From positions 160,001 through 224,000 of IMG/VR virus record IMGVR_UViG_3300027804_002812: a stretch of DNA of 64,000 bases; one strand, 5' to 3'. Positions 8,886 to 17,082 of the stretch are shown piece by piece. This stretch comes from a virus. Lineage: Duplodnaviria; Caudoviricetes. The notes beneath the pieces are model-generated. The model did not search any database and was not told the origin of the DNA. It saw only the letters and a program-made list of their open reading frames with translations. The stretch's first letter is position 1, and each line of letters begins with the position of its first letter. The translations under genes and the position numbers were made by a program.

Positions 8886-9028
8886 TAGTCAGGACAGGAT
8901 TCGAACCTGTATGATTGAAAAGACCAATTTTATTCGGTTCTTCGGGATGGTCAACATATTTAATGTGATGTCTCACGGCCCGATTAATCAATCACCCATT
9001 ACACGTCTACCAATTTCGCCACCTGACC
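8886..9028 (-). ncRNA. tRNA-like RNA (AGTCAGG family) with enlarged anticodon and variable arms
   Basis: GGTCAGGTGGCGAAATTGGTAGACGT...ACAGGTTCGAATCCTGTCCTGACTA. Confidence 0.8.
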
Positions 9029-9147
9029 AATGTTTTTAGTTACTTTATCAACACTTCTCCAAGAACCACCTCGGCCAGTTTATATCAATTTCACTTAGGT
9101 TACGTCATGATTCTGCTGGTTAAGCGTCCTCAATCTAAACCCGTTTG

Positions 9148-9221
9148 TACTCCGTACGGGACTCGAACCCGTAAGCTCTCCCGTGAAAGGGGAGTGTCCT
9201 AACCAATTAGACGAACGGAGC
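9148..9221 (-). tRNA. tRNA-Glu(TTC)
   Basis: GCTCCGT/ACGGAGT acceptor, loop CT-TTC-AC. Confidence 0.92.
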
Positions 9222-9233
9222 TTGTTTGTCTTA

Positions 9234-9263
9234 CAAAGATACTACAATATTTCAAAGAACAAA
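9234..9263 (-). promoter_or_regulatory. Bacteroidota-type sigma70 promoter upstream of tRNA-Glu
   Basis: TTTG-N18-TATCTTTG on the minus strand. Confidence 0.55.
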
Positions 9264-9273
9264 AACATGTCAT

Positions 9274-9308
9274 AAAAAAACCCCAAACTTTTTTTAAGAG
9301 TTCGGGGT
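9274..9308 (-). terminator. Attenuator-type intrinsic terminator
   Basis: ACCCCGAACT/AGTTTGGGGT 10-bp stem followed by a U-tract on the minus strand. Confidence 0.85.
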
Positions 9309-9345
9309 CTAAAAATTTAATTTATCTAAATTAAAAAATTACTTT

Positions 9346-9435
9346 CTATGACATCCGAACTACAGGGCAAATACCTTCATACCAACATTTCTCTTGTTGA
9401 CTATTACTGTTAATATGTTGACCTGTAGTTCTCAT
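9346..9435 (-). CDS. Putative 29-aa leader peptide MRTTGQHINSNSQQEKCWYEGICPVVRMS
   Basis: ATG...TAG, 90 nt, between a promoter-like site and the terminator; carries alternative pairing segments. Confidence 0.65.
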   Translation of the reverse strand: MRTTGQHINSNSQQEKCWYEGICPVVRMS

Positions 9436-9452
9436 TGTATTGATAATTACTT

Positions 9453-9483
9453 CTAATGTATGAAATATTTTTATTTTGTCAAA
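9453..9483 (-). promoter_or_regulatory. Promoter of the leader
   Basis: TTTG-N19-TACATTAG, one mismatch to the Bacteroidota TTTG/TAnnTTTG consensus. Confidence 0.55.
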
Positions 9484-9492
9484 TGTTTTTTG

Positions 9493-9566
9493 TATCCCCG
9501 ACACGATTCGAACGTGTGACCCCAAACTTAGAAGGTTTGCGCTCTATCCAGCTGAGCTACGGAGAC
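9493..9566 (-). tRNA. tRNA-Arg(TCT)
   Basis: GTCTCCG/CGGGGAT acceptor, loop CT-TCT-AA. Confidence 0.92.
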
Positions 9567-9571
9567 AAATA

Positions 9572-9733
9572 TTACTGACCGTATATTTTTTTAGCAAGTT
9601 CTTCGGCTTCAGCCAGAAGTTTGTCAGATGCGGTTCTGTTTGTATGAGATAATTTATAAGCATCTGCCATCATTTTCTCATAAGTTTCCTGTAGTTTTTC
9701 TTTTTCTGTTTTCTTCTTAAATAATCCGAACAT
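9572..9733 (-). CDS. Lacal_2735-family-like small protein (53 aa)
   Basis: Manual translation MFGLFKKKTEKEKLQETYEKMMADAYKLSHTNRTASDKLLAEAEELAKKIYGQ. Confidence 0.7.
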   Translation of the reverse strand: MFGLFKKKTEKEKLQETYEKMMADAYKLSHTNRTASDKLLAEAEELAKKIYGQ

Positions 9734-9771
9734 AATATGTGAATAACACTATCGTCTTTGAAAGTTTTTAT

Positions 9772-10023
9772 TTAATCTTTATGCCTTGCGGCGTTCAATC
9801 TACTTTCAAGTTTATCAAGTCGTGAATCTATTGTTCGATAAATATCGTCAATAATTCTATCACGATCTCTCATTTGATTTTCAATTTCTCTTGCGAGAAA
9901 CTGATTTATTTGTTTAATTTCTTCCTTCTGTTTATTCACTCTAACAAAAGCAATAACCGCAACCACTGCCACAGCAATGACCACAACTATAGACATTCCT
10001 AAAATAAATGATACTAAATCCAT
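9772..10023 (-). CDS. Membrane-anchored coiled-coil protein
   Basis: N-terminal TM segment and charged helical tail. Confidence 0.7.
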   Translation of the reverse strand: MDLVSFILGMSIVVVIAVAVVAVIAFVRVNKQKEEIKQINQFLAREIENQMRDRDRIIDDIYRTIDSRLDKLESRLNAARHKD

Positions 10024-10070
10024 ATAATTTTCTCCTTTATTCCAAAGAACGATAGTGTTATACTCTACAT

Positions 10071-10709
10071 TTATGTTACTCTACCTGGTTTCCAACCGTC
10101 GGGAATAATATCTTCTTTTTTTATTTTTCTATTTTCATCACCATTTGTAATCCATTTTGTACCAAATTGTGAGTTAGATTTTCCGATACCCTTTCCTTTT
10201 TGAACTTCTCTCATTTTTCTTTTGGTCTCCTCGGTGTGAAGCCTATTTCTGAATGTTGCGTGATCAAAATTACTTTTTTGGAATCCCAATTTAATTCGAT
10301 TCGAGAACCACTTATTCCATTCGTCATTCATCAGAAGTTTTTGAACTTCTGGTGACCCTTTAATTAGATTCTTTTTTCCTGCTTCTGAAAATTTATATTT
10401 ATGATTATCGTTTACAAATCCACCAGATCCACCAGGTTTCAGATTCATACACATCGGGTCTTTCAATAAATTTTCATTTACTAATTCTTTTTCTCTTAAA
10501 GACAAAGAAAGCCTATTTGGGAAAAATTCTAAAATTTCGAGCTTAAAATTTTCTTTACCATTTTTCCTAATAGACCTTCTTAATCTAATTCCACTCCCTA
10601 AATAACCATCATTCAGATTATCACTTGAGTGCATACCTATATAAAACTTTCCATTTTTAAGGTTTGTGGTTTTATATATGTAATGATACTTTTTTTGTGG
10701 TCTTGCCAT
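10071..10709 (-). CDS. GIY-YIG homing endonuclease with NUMOD3-like motif
   Basis: YIYKTTNLKNGKFYIG, YLGSG, HTEETKRKMR, GKSNSQFGTKWI. Confidence 0.88.
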   Translation of the reverse strand: MARPQKKYHYIYKTTNLKNGKFYIGMHSSDNLNDGYLGSGIRLRRSIRKNGKENFKLEILEFFPNRLSLSLREKELVNENLLKDPMCMNLKPGGSGGFVNDNHKYKFSEAGKKNLIKGSPEVQKLLMNDEWNKWFSNRIKLGFQKSNFDHATFRNRLHTEETKRKMREVQKGKGIGKSNSQFGTKWITNGDENRKIKKEDIIPDGWKPGRVT

Positions 10710-10760
10710 AACTTATACATTATATATATAAATATAGCAAAGTACAAAAAAGTACTCCGG

Positions 10761-10843
10761 TATCAGAGATGGGAGTCGAACCCACACGAGCTTTCGCCCA
10801 GCAGATTTTAAGTCTGCCATGTATACCATTCCATCACTCCGAC
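10761..10843 (-). tRNA. tRNA-Leu(TAA)
   Basis: Class II cloverleaf, loop CT-TAA-AA, A73. Confidence 0.92.
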
Positions 10844-10869
10844 ATTATTCTACAAATATAATGAAAGTT

Positions 10870-11520
10870 TTAGATACTTTCAACCCGATGTTTCATAATT
10901 TCACAATACTTCTCATCGATTTCATAACTAATAGAGTTGAATCCCAACTCTTGAGCAACCTTACTTGTTGTTCCACTTCCACCGAATACATCGATAATTG
11001 TTTGATTTGGTTGTGCGGTTGTCAAAATAATTCTTCGGATTACTTCCTCAGGAATTTGACAAGGGTGCTCGGTCTTTTCCTTGCTAACATTTTTGACTTG
11101 GTTGATTTCCCACCAATCATAAAGTTTTGCACCAGTCTTTCCTTCAGCAATTCTTTTTTGAATACGTTTGTCTTTGAGATTTTTATATTCCTGTCTGACT
11201 TTCCTAAAGTCAGGTTTACAACCCCACCATGATATCAATCGACTTTGTTTTCCTGTGTTGGAATTATACACCCAACAAACAACCTGTTCACATTTGGCGT
11301 TGATTGCCTTTGGTAACAAGTTGATTGTTTCTTCGGGGTAATGAATGATGACACAAGGGGTTGGGATTTTGGATAATAATTCGATATAATCCTCTTCGCT
11401 TAATTTGTCTTTATATTCGTTGTAAGAATATTCTTGATTATAAGGTGGGTCGGTTATTGTTAATCCTGTTGGTATGTCGCAGTTTCTAAAATCTTCGTTA
11501 ATAATTGTTGTTTCCACCAT
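10870..11520 (-). CDS. N4/N6 DNA methyltransferase (beta class)
   Basis: TDPPY, HPCQIP and DVFGGSGTT motifs. Confidence 0.88.
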   Translation of the reverse strand: MVETTIINEDFRNCDIPTGLTITDPPYNQEYSYNEYKDKLSEEDYIELLSKIPTPCVIIHYPEETINLLPKAINAKCEQVVCWVYNSNTGKQSRLISWWGCKPDFRKVRQEYKNLKDKRIQKRIAEGKTGAKLYDWWEINQVKNVSKEKTEHPCQIPEEVIRRIILTTAQPNQTIIDVFGGSGTTSKVAQELGFNSISYEIDEKYCEIMKHRVESI

Positions 11521-11537
11521 AAATTTAATAAATCATT

Positions 11538-12236
11538 CTAAAATTCTTCTTCCCACAGTGTGTTGGATATAGACTCCTCAATGTTGTATGCGTGTGATAA
11601 TATAACATATTTTTTGTCAAAGTAAAATTGGAATTCTCCTTGAGATCCTTCATTTATTTCCCAACCTCCGAAGTTTTCTTCCAATTGTTGATAACACCAT
11701 TCTTCTATTTCGGGTGGTACAGGTTGACCACTCTCAAAATTCGATTCGATGTATCCACTATCACCACCTCCATTATACTTCAAGACCAAATAATTATCTT
11801 CAGGAATTTCGATATCATCGAAAACTCCTTTTTCTTCCCACTCTTCAATCATATCATCGTATTCGACACCTTCTGAACCTCCCTCAGTTTGATAACTATA
11901 CATGTGTGTTAAGGAGATTTCTTTTTTAACACTATCAATCGTTATTTCGAATCCTTGATAAACGATGTTAGCATCATTAGGTAATTCATCGTATAATCCT
12001 TCATCATCAACATAACTGATAATTTTTTTCAATATTGGTACAAGGCCGTCTGGAATTTCTGCGGTATAATTATTCTCAAAATGAGTTGGAAAATAATTTT
12101 CCCCGTATGAAATTTCATCGTCGTCTGGTTCCATTTCAAATGTAATTTCTCCATAGCTTATTCCCAATGAACTGAGATATCTCGAAACTTTACCTAAATA
12201 TTTTTTTTCTTCTGGTGTTAATATATTTTGTGCCAT
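11538..12236 (-). CDS. Acidic protein, DUF6878-like
   Basis: YNGGGDSG and GWEINEGSQGEF motifs. Confidence 0.55.
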   Translation of the reverse strand: MAQNILTPEEKKYLGKVSRYLSSLGISYGEITFEMEPDDDEISYGENYFPTHFENNYTAEIPDGLVPILKKIISYVDDEGLYDELPNDANIVYQGFEITIDSVKKEISLTHMYSYQTEGGSEGVEYDDMIEEWEEKGVFDDIEIPEDNYLVLKYNGGGDSGYIESNFESGQPVPPEIEEWCYQQLEENFGGWEINEGSQGEFQFYFDKKYVILSHAYNIEESISNTLWEEEF

Positions 12237-12247
12237 ACAAATAAATA

Positions 12248-12601
12248 TCAGTCTTCGAATTCTAATTTAATTGTCTTCAACATCCATTGTGGTCTTTGAC
12301 TGGTCGCAACATTATTAACCCATTCTTTTGCGGATGGAATGTAGTTGTTACAATCTTCCTTTACATGTTGTTCACCAACATATCGGGTATAAACTGTCTT
12401 ACCATCCGAGTTTTTGAATTCGGTACCAAACCTTTTTTCCATTTCAAATATTCCTTCACTATGATGTCTAAACATTCTATGTAGGGAATCACCAAACCAT
12501 GACTTGGTTTCGTCTAACCATTCATGCAAATGAATGTAGTCCTCAGGTTTTCCACCAAACTTTTTGGCGGATGATTTTGCATGTAAGTTTGGATGTGCCA
12601 T
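12248..12601 (-). CDS. DUF6915-like His-rich protein
   Basis: MAHP..HAKSS.KKFGG, HEWLD, RHHSEG, EQHVKED. Confidence 0.65.
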   Translation of the reverse strand: MAHPNLHAKSSAKKFGGKPEDYIHLHEWLDETKSWFGDSLHRMFRHHSEGIFEMEKRFGTEFKNSDGKTVYTRYVGEQHVKEDCNNYIPSAKEWVNNVATSQRPQWMLKTIKLEFED

Positions 12602-12722
12602 TATGATTTAATTTGTGAAAAAGATTGTAACGTCTGTACGGTTTGTTTCCAAGGATAATCCTTCAGTTTCCATTTCATTCTTAGCGTCCGTTCCGTCATT
12701 CTTTCGAATCGTTACTATATTG

Positions 12723-12804
12723 CAGAGGAGACAGGATTCGAACCTGCAAAGCTTTTACACCCGACGGTTTTCAAGACCGCTCAACAACCGCTGTCCACTC
12801 CTCT
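12723..12804 (-). tRNA. tRNA-Ser(TGA), atypical D-arm
   Basis: AGAGGAG/CTCCTCT acceptor, G73, loop CT-TGA-AA, long variable arm. Confidence 0.85.
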
Positions 12805-12983
12805 AATTAAACCTAACATAATCAAATCGTCATTTGAATAGAGGTTAGGGGTGTGATTTTAGCTTATACCTTGGGCTATTCACTTATATCACAATACAAC
12901 CTCTGTGTTGTTCTTACGGTTAACATCGAGGTACACGGCTTACCCTGGGACGCTGTTCTTATGGATAGCGTGGTAATTACCGT

Positions 12984-13058
12984 TGGAGCTCCCACTCGGA
13001 ATCGAACCAAGTTATCATGATTACAAGTCATGTGCATCGCCAGCAATGCTTTAGGAGC
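12984..13058 (-). tRNA. tRNA-Thr(TGT), CCA encoded
   Basis: GCTCCTA/TGGGAGC acceptor, loop CT-TGT-AA. Confidence 0.9.
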
Positions 13059-13075
13059 GTATAATTAAATATCTG

Positions 13076-13149
13076 TGGGCCTGGTAGGAATCGAACCTAC
13101 TACCTTCACATTATGAGTGTGCCGCTCTAACCGAGTGAGCTACAGGCCC
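13076..13149 (-). tRNA. tRNA-CAT (Ile2-like; elongator Met possible)
   Basis: GGGCCTG/CAGGCCC acceptor, loop CT-CAT-AA; lacks initiator features. Confidence 0.85.
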
Positions 13150-13273
13150 GAAGTATCGTAAATATTAACTATGTTTTTCTTCAAATCAACATGACAAAGG
13201 TAATAAAATTTTTCATTCACAACAACTTTCGTTTCTAAAAAAAATAAATTACTTTTGTTGAAATATTTGATAA

Positions 13274-13759
13274 ATGAGTACGGTATTAGTTTTGAATTCT
13301 GATTACACTCCTCTGAACGTAACAAGTGTTCAGAGAGGATTTGTATTGGTTACCAAAGGAAAGGCGGAAGTGTTAAGGTCGGATGAAAATCCGATTGTGA
13401 CAGGTTACAAGACGTTTATACGACCCGTTATCATACGACTATTAAAATATATTAGGCATAGAACAAGATTGAACAAACCCAACCGTAGTCGCATTTATAA
13501 AAGGGACGGATATGAGTGTGTTTATTGTGGGTCGAAAAAGAATCTAACCTTAGACCACGTTATACCCAAATCAAGAGGAGGTTCGAATGAATGGACAAAC
13601 TTGGTTACTTGTTGTTCAAAGTGTAATCGAGATAAGGACAACAAAACTCCTGATGAGGCAAAGATGCCAATGAAGAAGCCGGCATACGAACCACCAATAA
13701 TGTATGATGATGTGGCGTTATTAAATGTTTGGACAGATTTCCAAAAATCTTTTGTATAA
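13274..13759 (+). CDS. HNH endonuclease (McrA-like)
   Basis: RDGYECVYCG, LTLDHVIPKSRGG, NLVTCC..CN. Confidence 0.9.
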   Translation: MSTVLVLNSDYTPLNVTSVQRGFVLVTKGKAEVLRSDENPIVTGYKTFIRPVIIRLLKYIRHRTRLNKPNRSRIYKRDGYECVYCGSKKNLTLDHVIPKSRGGSNEWTNLVTCCSKCNRDKDNKTPDEAKMPMKKPAYEPPIMYDDVALLNVWTDFQKSFV

Positions 13760-13798
13760 AATAAAAATTGTATTAACTTTGTGAAAAATAAATCAGAT

Positions 13799-14479
13799 AT
13801 GAACATCGGACAAGAATTTCAAAACTATTACGTGAAACATTTGGGAAAAGGGTCATTAGACCTTCACAATTTCTCAAGTCAAATTCAATCATCAATGACT
13901 CCTTATATTCTTGAAGAAAGAGAAATGAGGGCAACTCAAATCGACATCTTCTCAAGATTGATGAGAGACAGAATTATTTGGGTGGCTGGTCCTGTGGATG
14001 ATAGAATGTCGACTATTGTACAAGCACAATTGATGTTTATGGACAATGTTGATAAGACCGATATTACTATGCACATTGATAGTCCAGGTGGAAGTGTGAA
14101 GTCAGGATTGTCTATGGTTGATGTAATGAACTACATTGCTTGTGATATCAGAACGGTGAATACAGGTATGGCAGCTTCTATGGGTTCTGTGTTGTTAGGA
14201 GCAGGAACCAAAGGAAAAAGAAGTTCTTTGAGATTTTCGAGAACAATGTTACACCAATCTTCTGGTGGTGCCGTAGGTAACATTCAAGACGCTGAAATCA
14301 CAATGAGAGAATGGGCAAAATTGAATGATATTCTATTTGGTCTCCTTGGTGAGTTTTGTGGAAAAGACCCTGAACAAGTTAAGTTGGACGCTAGTAGAGA
14401 TTTGTGGTTGGATAGTGAACAAGCCCTCGAATATGGAATTATTGACGAGATTGTTAAAACGAAAAAGAGGGGTAAATAA
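13799..14479 (+). CDS. clpP: ATP-dependent Clp protease proteolytic subunit
   Basis: DIFSRL, IDSPGG, GMAASMG (Ser), MLHQ (His), RDLWL. Confidence 0.93.
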   Translation: MNIGQEFQNYYVKHLGKGSLDLHNFSSQIQSSMTPYILEEREMRATQIDIFSRLMRDRIIWVAGPVDDRMSTIVQAQLMFMDNVDKTDITMHIDSPGGSVKSGLSMVDVMNYIACDIRTVNTGMAASMGSVLLGAGTKGKRSSLRFSRTMLHQSSGGAVGNIQDAEITMREWAKLNDILFGLLGEFCGKDPEQVKLDASRDLWLDSEQALEYGIIDEIVKTKKRGK

Positions 14480-14495
14480 CCCCTCTTTTTTTTTA
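14463..14495 (+). terminator. Intrinsic terminator
   Basis: aaaaagagggg-taaataa-cccctcttttttt. Confidence 0.75.
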
Positions 14496-14560
14496 GACTT
14501 AGAACACCCCCTTTTCTTTTTGTTCGTCAGTTTATCACAAAATAATTTTACTTATTTTGG

Positions 14561-15229
14561 CTATTGTGTGAATAATCCTCCATCCACATCAGGTTTCAAT
14601 TTGTCATAAACTTTCGAAGCCTTTTCACTCATTGTATTAAATAAATCACATACTACATCTCTAATCTTTCTTTGTACATTTTCAGAGAAACTTTGGTCTT
14701 GTACTGCATCCGCTAAAGCGCTATTCAAGAATTTGGATTCGATTGCGTCAGTGCCACTTTGTTGAAGAATTCTTTTGTGTATCACATCTGATAACGCGTC
14801 TGCAATCAACTTGGATAATTCGTCACAACTTCTTAATGATTGGGCAAGTTTTGTTGGGTCTGCAGATAAAATAGATTTTAATGACTCTTTGAAATAATCC
14901 GCAAGTTGTAATGATTTCATCAATGAATTCACTATCGGGTCAATAATTGTTTGGAAAATCCCTGTAAATCCATCTCCGAAAATTTTACCCAAGAAATCTT
15001 TAAGTTGTTCGTTCAATAAATTTGTTTCTTGTAAATAATTCATTTCAGATACAAGTTTGAACGCAATTTTCTCCTGTTTTAATTTCGATAATGAACCAAA
15101 ATTTTTAATATTTTCTTCAGATTCAAAAATCATAAGAATTCTTTTCTTGACTAAATTTTGTTCAATCAAGAGTTTTTCTTTTCTTTCTTTTGTTTCTAAG
15201 ATTGCTTTTTTTACTTTAATTTCTAACAT
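14561..15229 (-). CDS. Hypothetical phage protein (helical)
   Basis: 222-aa ORF in the late-type operon. Confidence 0.75.
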   Translation of the reverse strand: MLEIKVKKAILETKERKEKLLIEQNLVKKRILMIFESEENIKNFGSLSKLKQEKIAFKLVSEMNYLQETNLLNEQLKDFLGKIFGDGFTGIFQTIIDPIVNSLMKSLQLADYFKESLKSILSADPTKLAQSLRSCDELSKLIADALSDVIHKRILQQSGTDAIESKFLNSALADAVQDQSFSENVQRKIRDVVCDLFNTMSEKASKVYDKLKPDVDGGLFTQ

Positions 15230-15237
15230 AAGTGTAA

Positions 15238-16755
15238 TTACTTAATTCTCCACATTGAATCGGATCCTTGTGTTAATGGTCCTCCCTCTTTACGACCTGA
15301 TAGAATATCTAGCATGTTATCAATTCTTTCACCACCCTTACCTAACACACCGAATTTTCCATAATGTTGGTCTCTACAAGCCTGAACAATTCTTTTTGCC
15401 TTGGCGATTGTTGCTGGGTCAACAACGATACTATTTTTTTGTTTGAATGAATCGTAAAAATCTGTAATATTTTTTCTACAAACTGATTTATTAACCGATT
15501 GGTTGTCTAGAATATCACTCAAAATACTATCTTGTCTCCTAAGTGTGGATTGTTGATTAGCGTCAGTGTAACCTGCGGCTGGTCCAGTTTGTGTTGGTTG
15601 AGCAACAGGTTGAGTTTGTGTTGGCTGAGCGACAGGTTGAGCTTGTGTTGGCTGACCGCCAGATTGAATTTGTTTGAAGAATTCTTCCGCGTTTTTGCTA
15701 TCGAAATTAAAGTTTCCCAAAACACTTCTCATTGTAAAATTTGAATCCCCGTCACAACTCCATACACCGTTGTCAGACAAATCCCCATCTGTATACTGTT
15801 TCCAAGTTTTTTTTCCATCCTTCCAAGTAAGAAATTTCCAAGTGAGGTTTGAAGGTAATGTCACTTCCAACTCACCAGTTCCATATACGGAAGCTTGAGT
15901 GTATTTGGCATTTTTGTAATAATAAAAAGTTTTTGTTCGGAAATAATTTTTGACACATGAAAGTGGGTCAGATGTGTTAGTTTGAGTTTGTTGAATTTTC
16001 GACTCAGGTTCTCCTGTAGGACCAAATTTTAATTTATAAGATGGGTTATCAATTTTTGACTTTCTACTAATTTTTGGACTACCATCACTTCTTTTACTTG
16101 TAAATTTATTTGAACCATTTTCCTTATTCATCCGAAAATGTTGGTCATCCAAACAATTGAATGTCCCTCTTTCAGTGATTTGACCTTCATCCAATTGATT
16201 CCATTCACCAACACCATTTTCAAATTTGAAATCCCATACTGTTACACCTTGATCAGCCATTTCACTTTCAAATGGAATTATGTGTACTCTAAAAGAATTT
16301 CCTAAATCTTGTGTAGGAACAAATGAGTCGTGGACTTGATAGAATTTTTTTACACACGCTAAAGAAGTTTTTGTTCCTGATTGGACCGCTCTACCATCAT
16401 TTAACTTAGACCAAGTATCTCCCCCTACCACACCATCATCTTCCAAACCATTTGCCACTTGAAAAGCCGTAACCATTTTTTTTGTTCTTTCACCGAAGGA
16501 ATTATCTACCTTACCACTTTTACTAATATCTTTATATCCTTTACTTATAAGTAATTCTTGAATTTTACCAACAATATCCCCTTTCATTCCCAACTTAACA
16601 AATTTACCACCTTCACTCAAATCGTCAGGAGTTAATGTTGTTGTTTGTTCTGAAACTAAGATTTTGTTTTCAACAGAAGTTTTTGATAAATCATACTTCA
16701 TCATCAACTTTACTCTCTCTAATGCTTCTTCAGGGCTATATTTTGGTTGGACCAT
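15238..16755 (-). CDS. Peptidoglycan-binding-domain protein with two W/C repeat modules
   Basis: V.KIQELL...FGERTKKMV.AFQ..NGL..DGVVG..TW; two W.F..G.W.Q...G.(F/W).C modules; QPVAQPTQT repeats. Confidence 0.8.
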   Translation of the reverse strand: MVQPKYSPEEALERVKLMMKYDLSKTSVENKILVSEQTTTLTPDDLSEGGKFVKLGMKGDIVGKIQELLISKGYKDISKSGKVDNSFGERTKKMVTAFQVANGLEDDGVVGGDTWSKLNDGRAVQSGTKTSLACVKKFYQVHDSFVPTQDLGNSFRVHIIPFESEMADQGVTVWDFKFENGVGEWNQLDEGQITERGTFNCLDDQHFRMNKENGSNKFTSKRSDGSPKISRKSKIDNPSYKLKFGPTGEPESKIQQTQTNTSDPLSCVKNYFRTKTFYYYKNAKYTQASVYGTGELEVTLPSNLTWKFLTWKDGKKTWKQYTDGDLSDNGVWSCDGDSNFTMRSVLGNFNFDSKNAEEFFKQIQSGGQPTQAQPVAQPTQTQPVAQPTQTGPAAGYTDANQQSTLRRQDSILSDILDNQSVNKSVCRKNITDFYDSFKQKNSIVVDPATIAKAKRIVQACRDQHYGKFGVLGKGGERIDNMLDILSGRKEGGPLTQGSDSMWRIK

Positions 16756-16788
16756 AATTCACTAATTTATATTATAAATACACGTAAT

Positions 16789-17034
16789 TTACCAAATTTG
16801 ATTGGCAGCTCCTCTCGTAAGACCTGTTTCCCATTTTTCTCCCGACGCCCCCAACCGATTTGCTTTACCTCTAGTAATTGTATATGAATCAGACCATTTT
16901 GGAACTTTTCCTCCACCACCTCCTGAAGATGCCGGAGCAGACCCAGCGTCATCTTGTTCACCCATTTCATCTTTAGCTCCGATTTGAGAATACTTTGAAA
17001 AAAAATCTATAAGGAAGTCAACGTCTAATATCAT
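16789..17034 (-). CDS. Hypothetical phage protein
   Basis: ORF preceded by the TATTTAT motif. Confidence 0.7.
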   Translation of the reverse strand: MILDVDFLIDFFSKYSQIGAKDEMGEQDDAGSAPASSGGGGGKVPKWSDSYTITRGKANRLGASGEKWETGLTRGAANQIW

Positions 17035-17082
17035 ACTAATAAATATTTGTTTAATTAGAAAATTTTTTATTACATTTGGAAT

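Noticed and set aside
13076-13149. Initiator tRNA-fMet
   Set aside because: It has a G1-C72 pair and lacks the three G-C pairs in the anticodon stem; it is Ile2-like or elongator.
6711-13325. Short ORFs overlapping tRNA genes (6711, 6788, 7061, 8269, 8589, 12615, 13140)
   Set aside because: Antisense or overlapping artefacts of GC-richer RNA genes.
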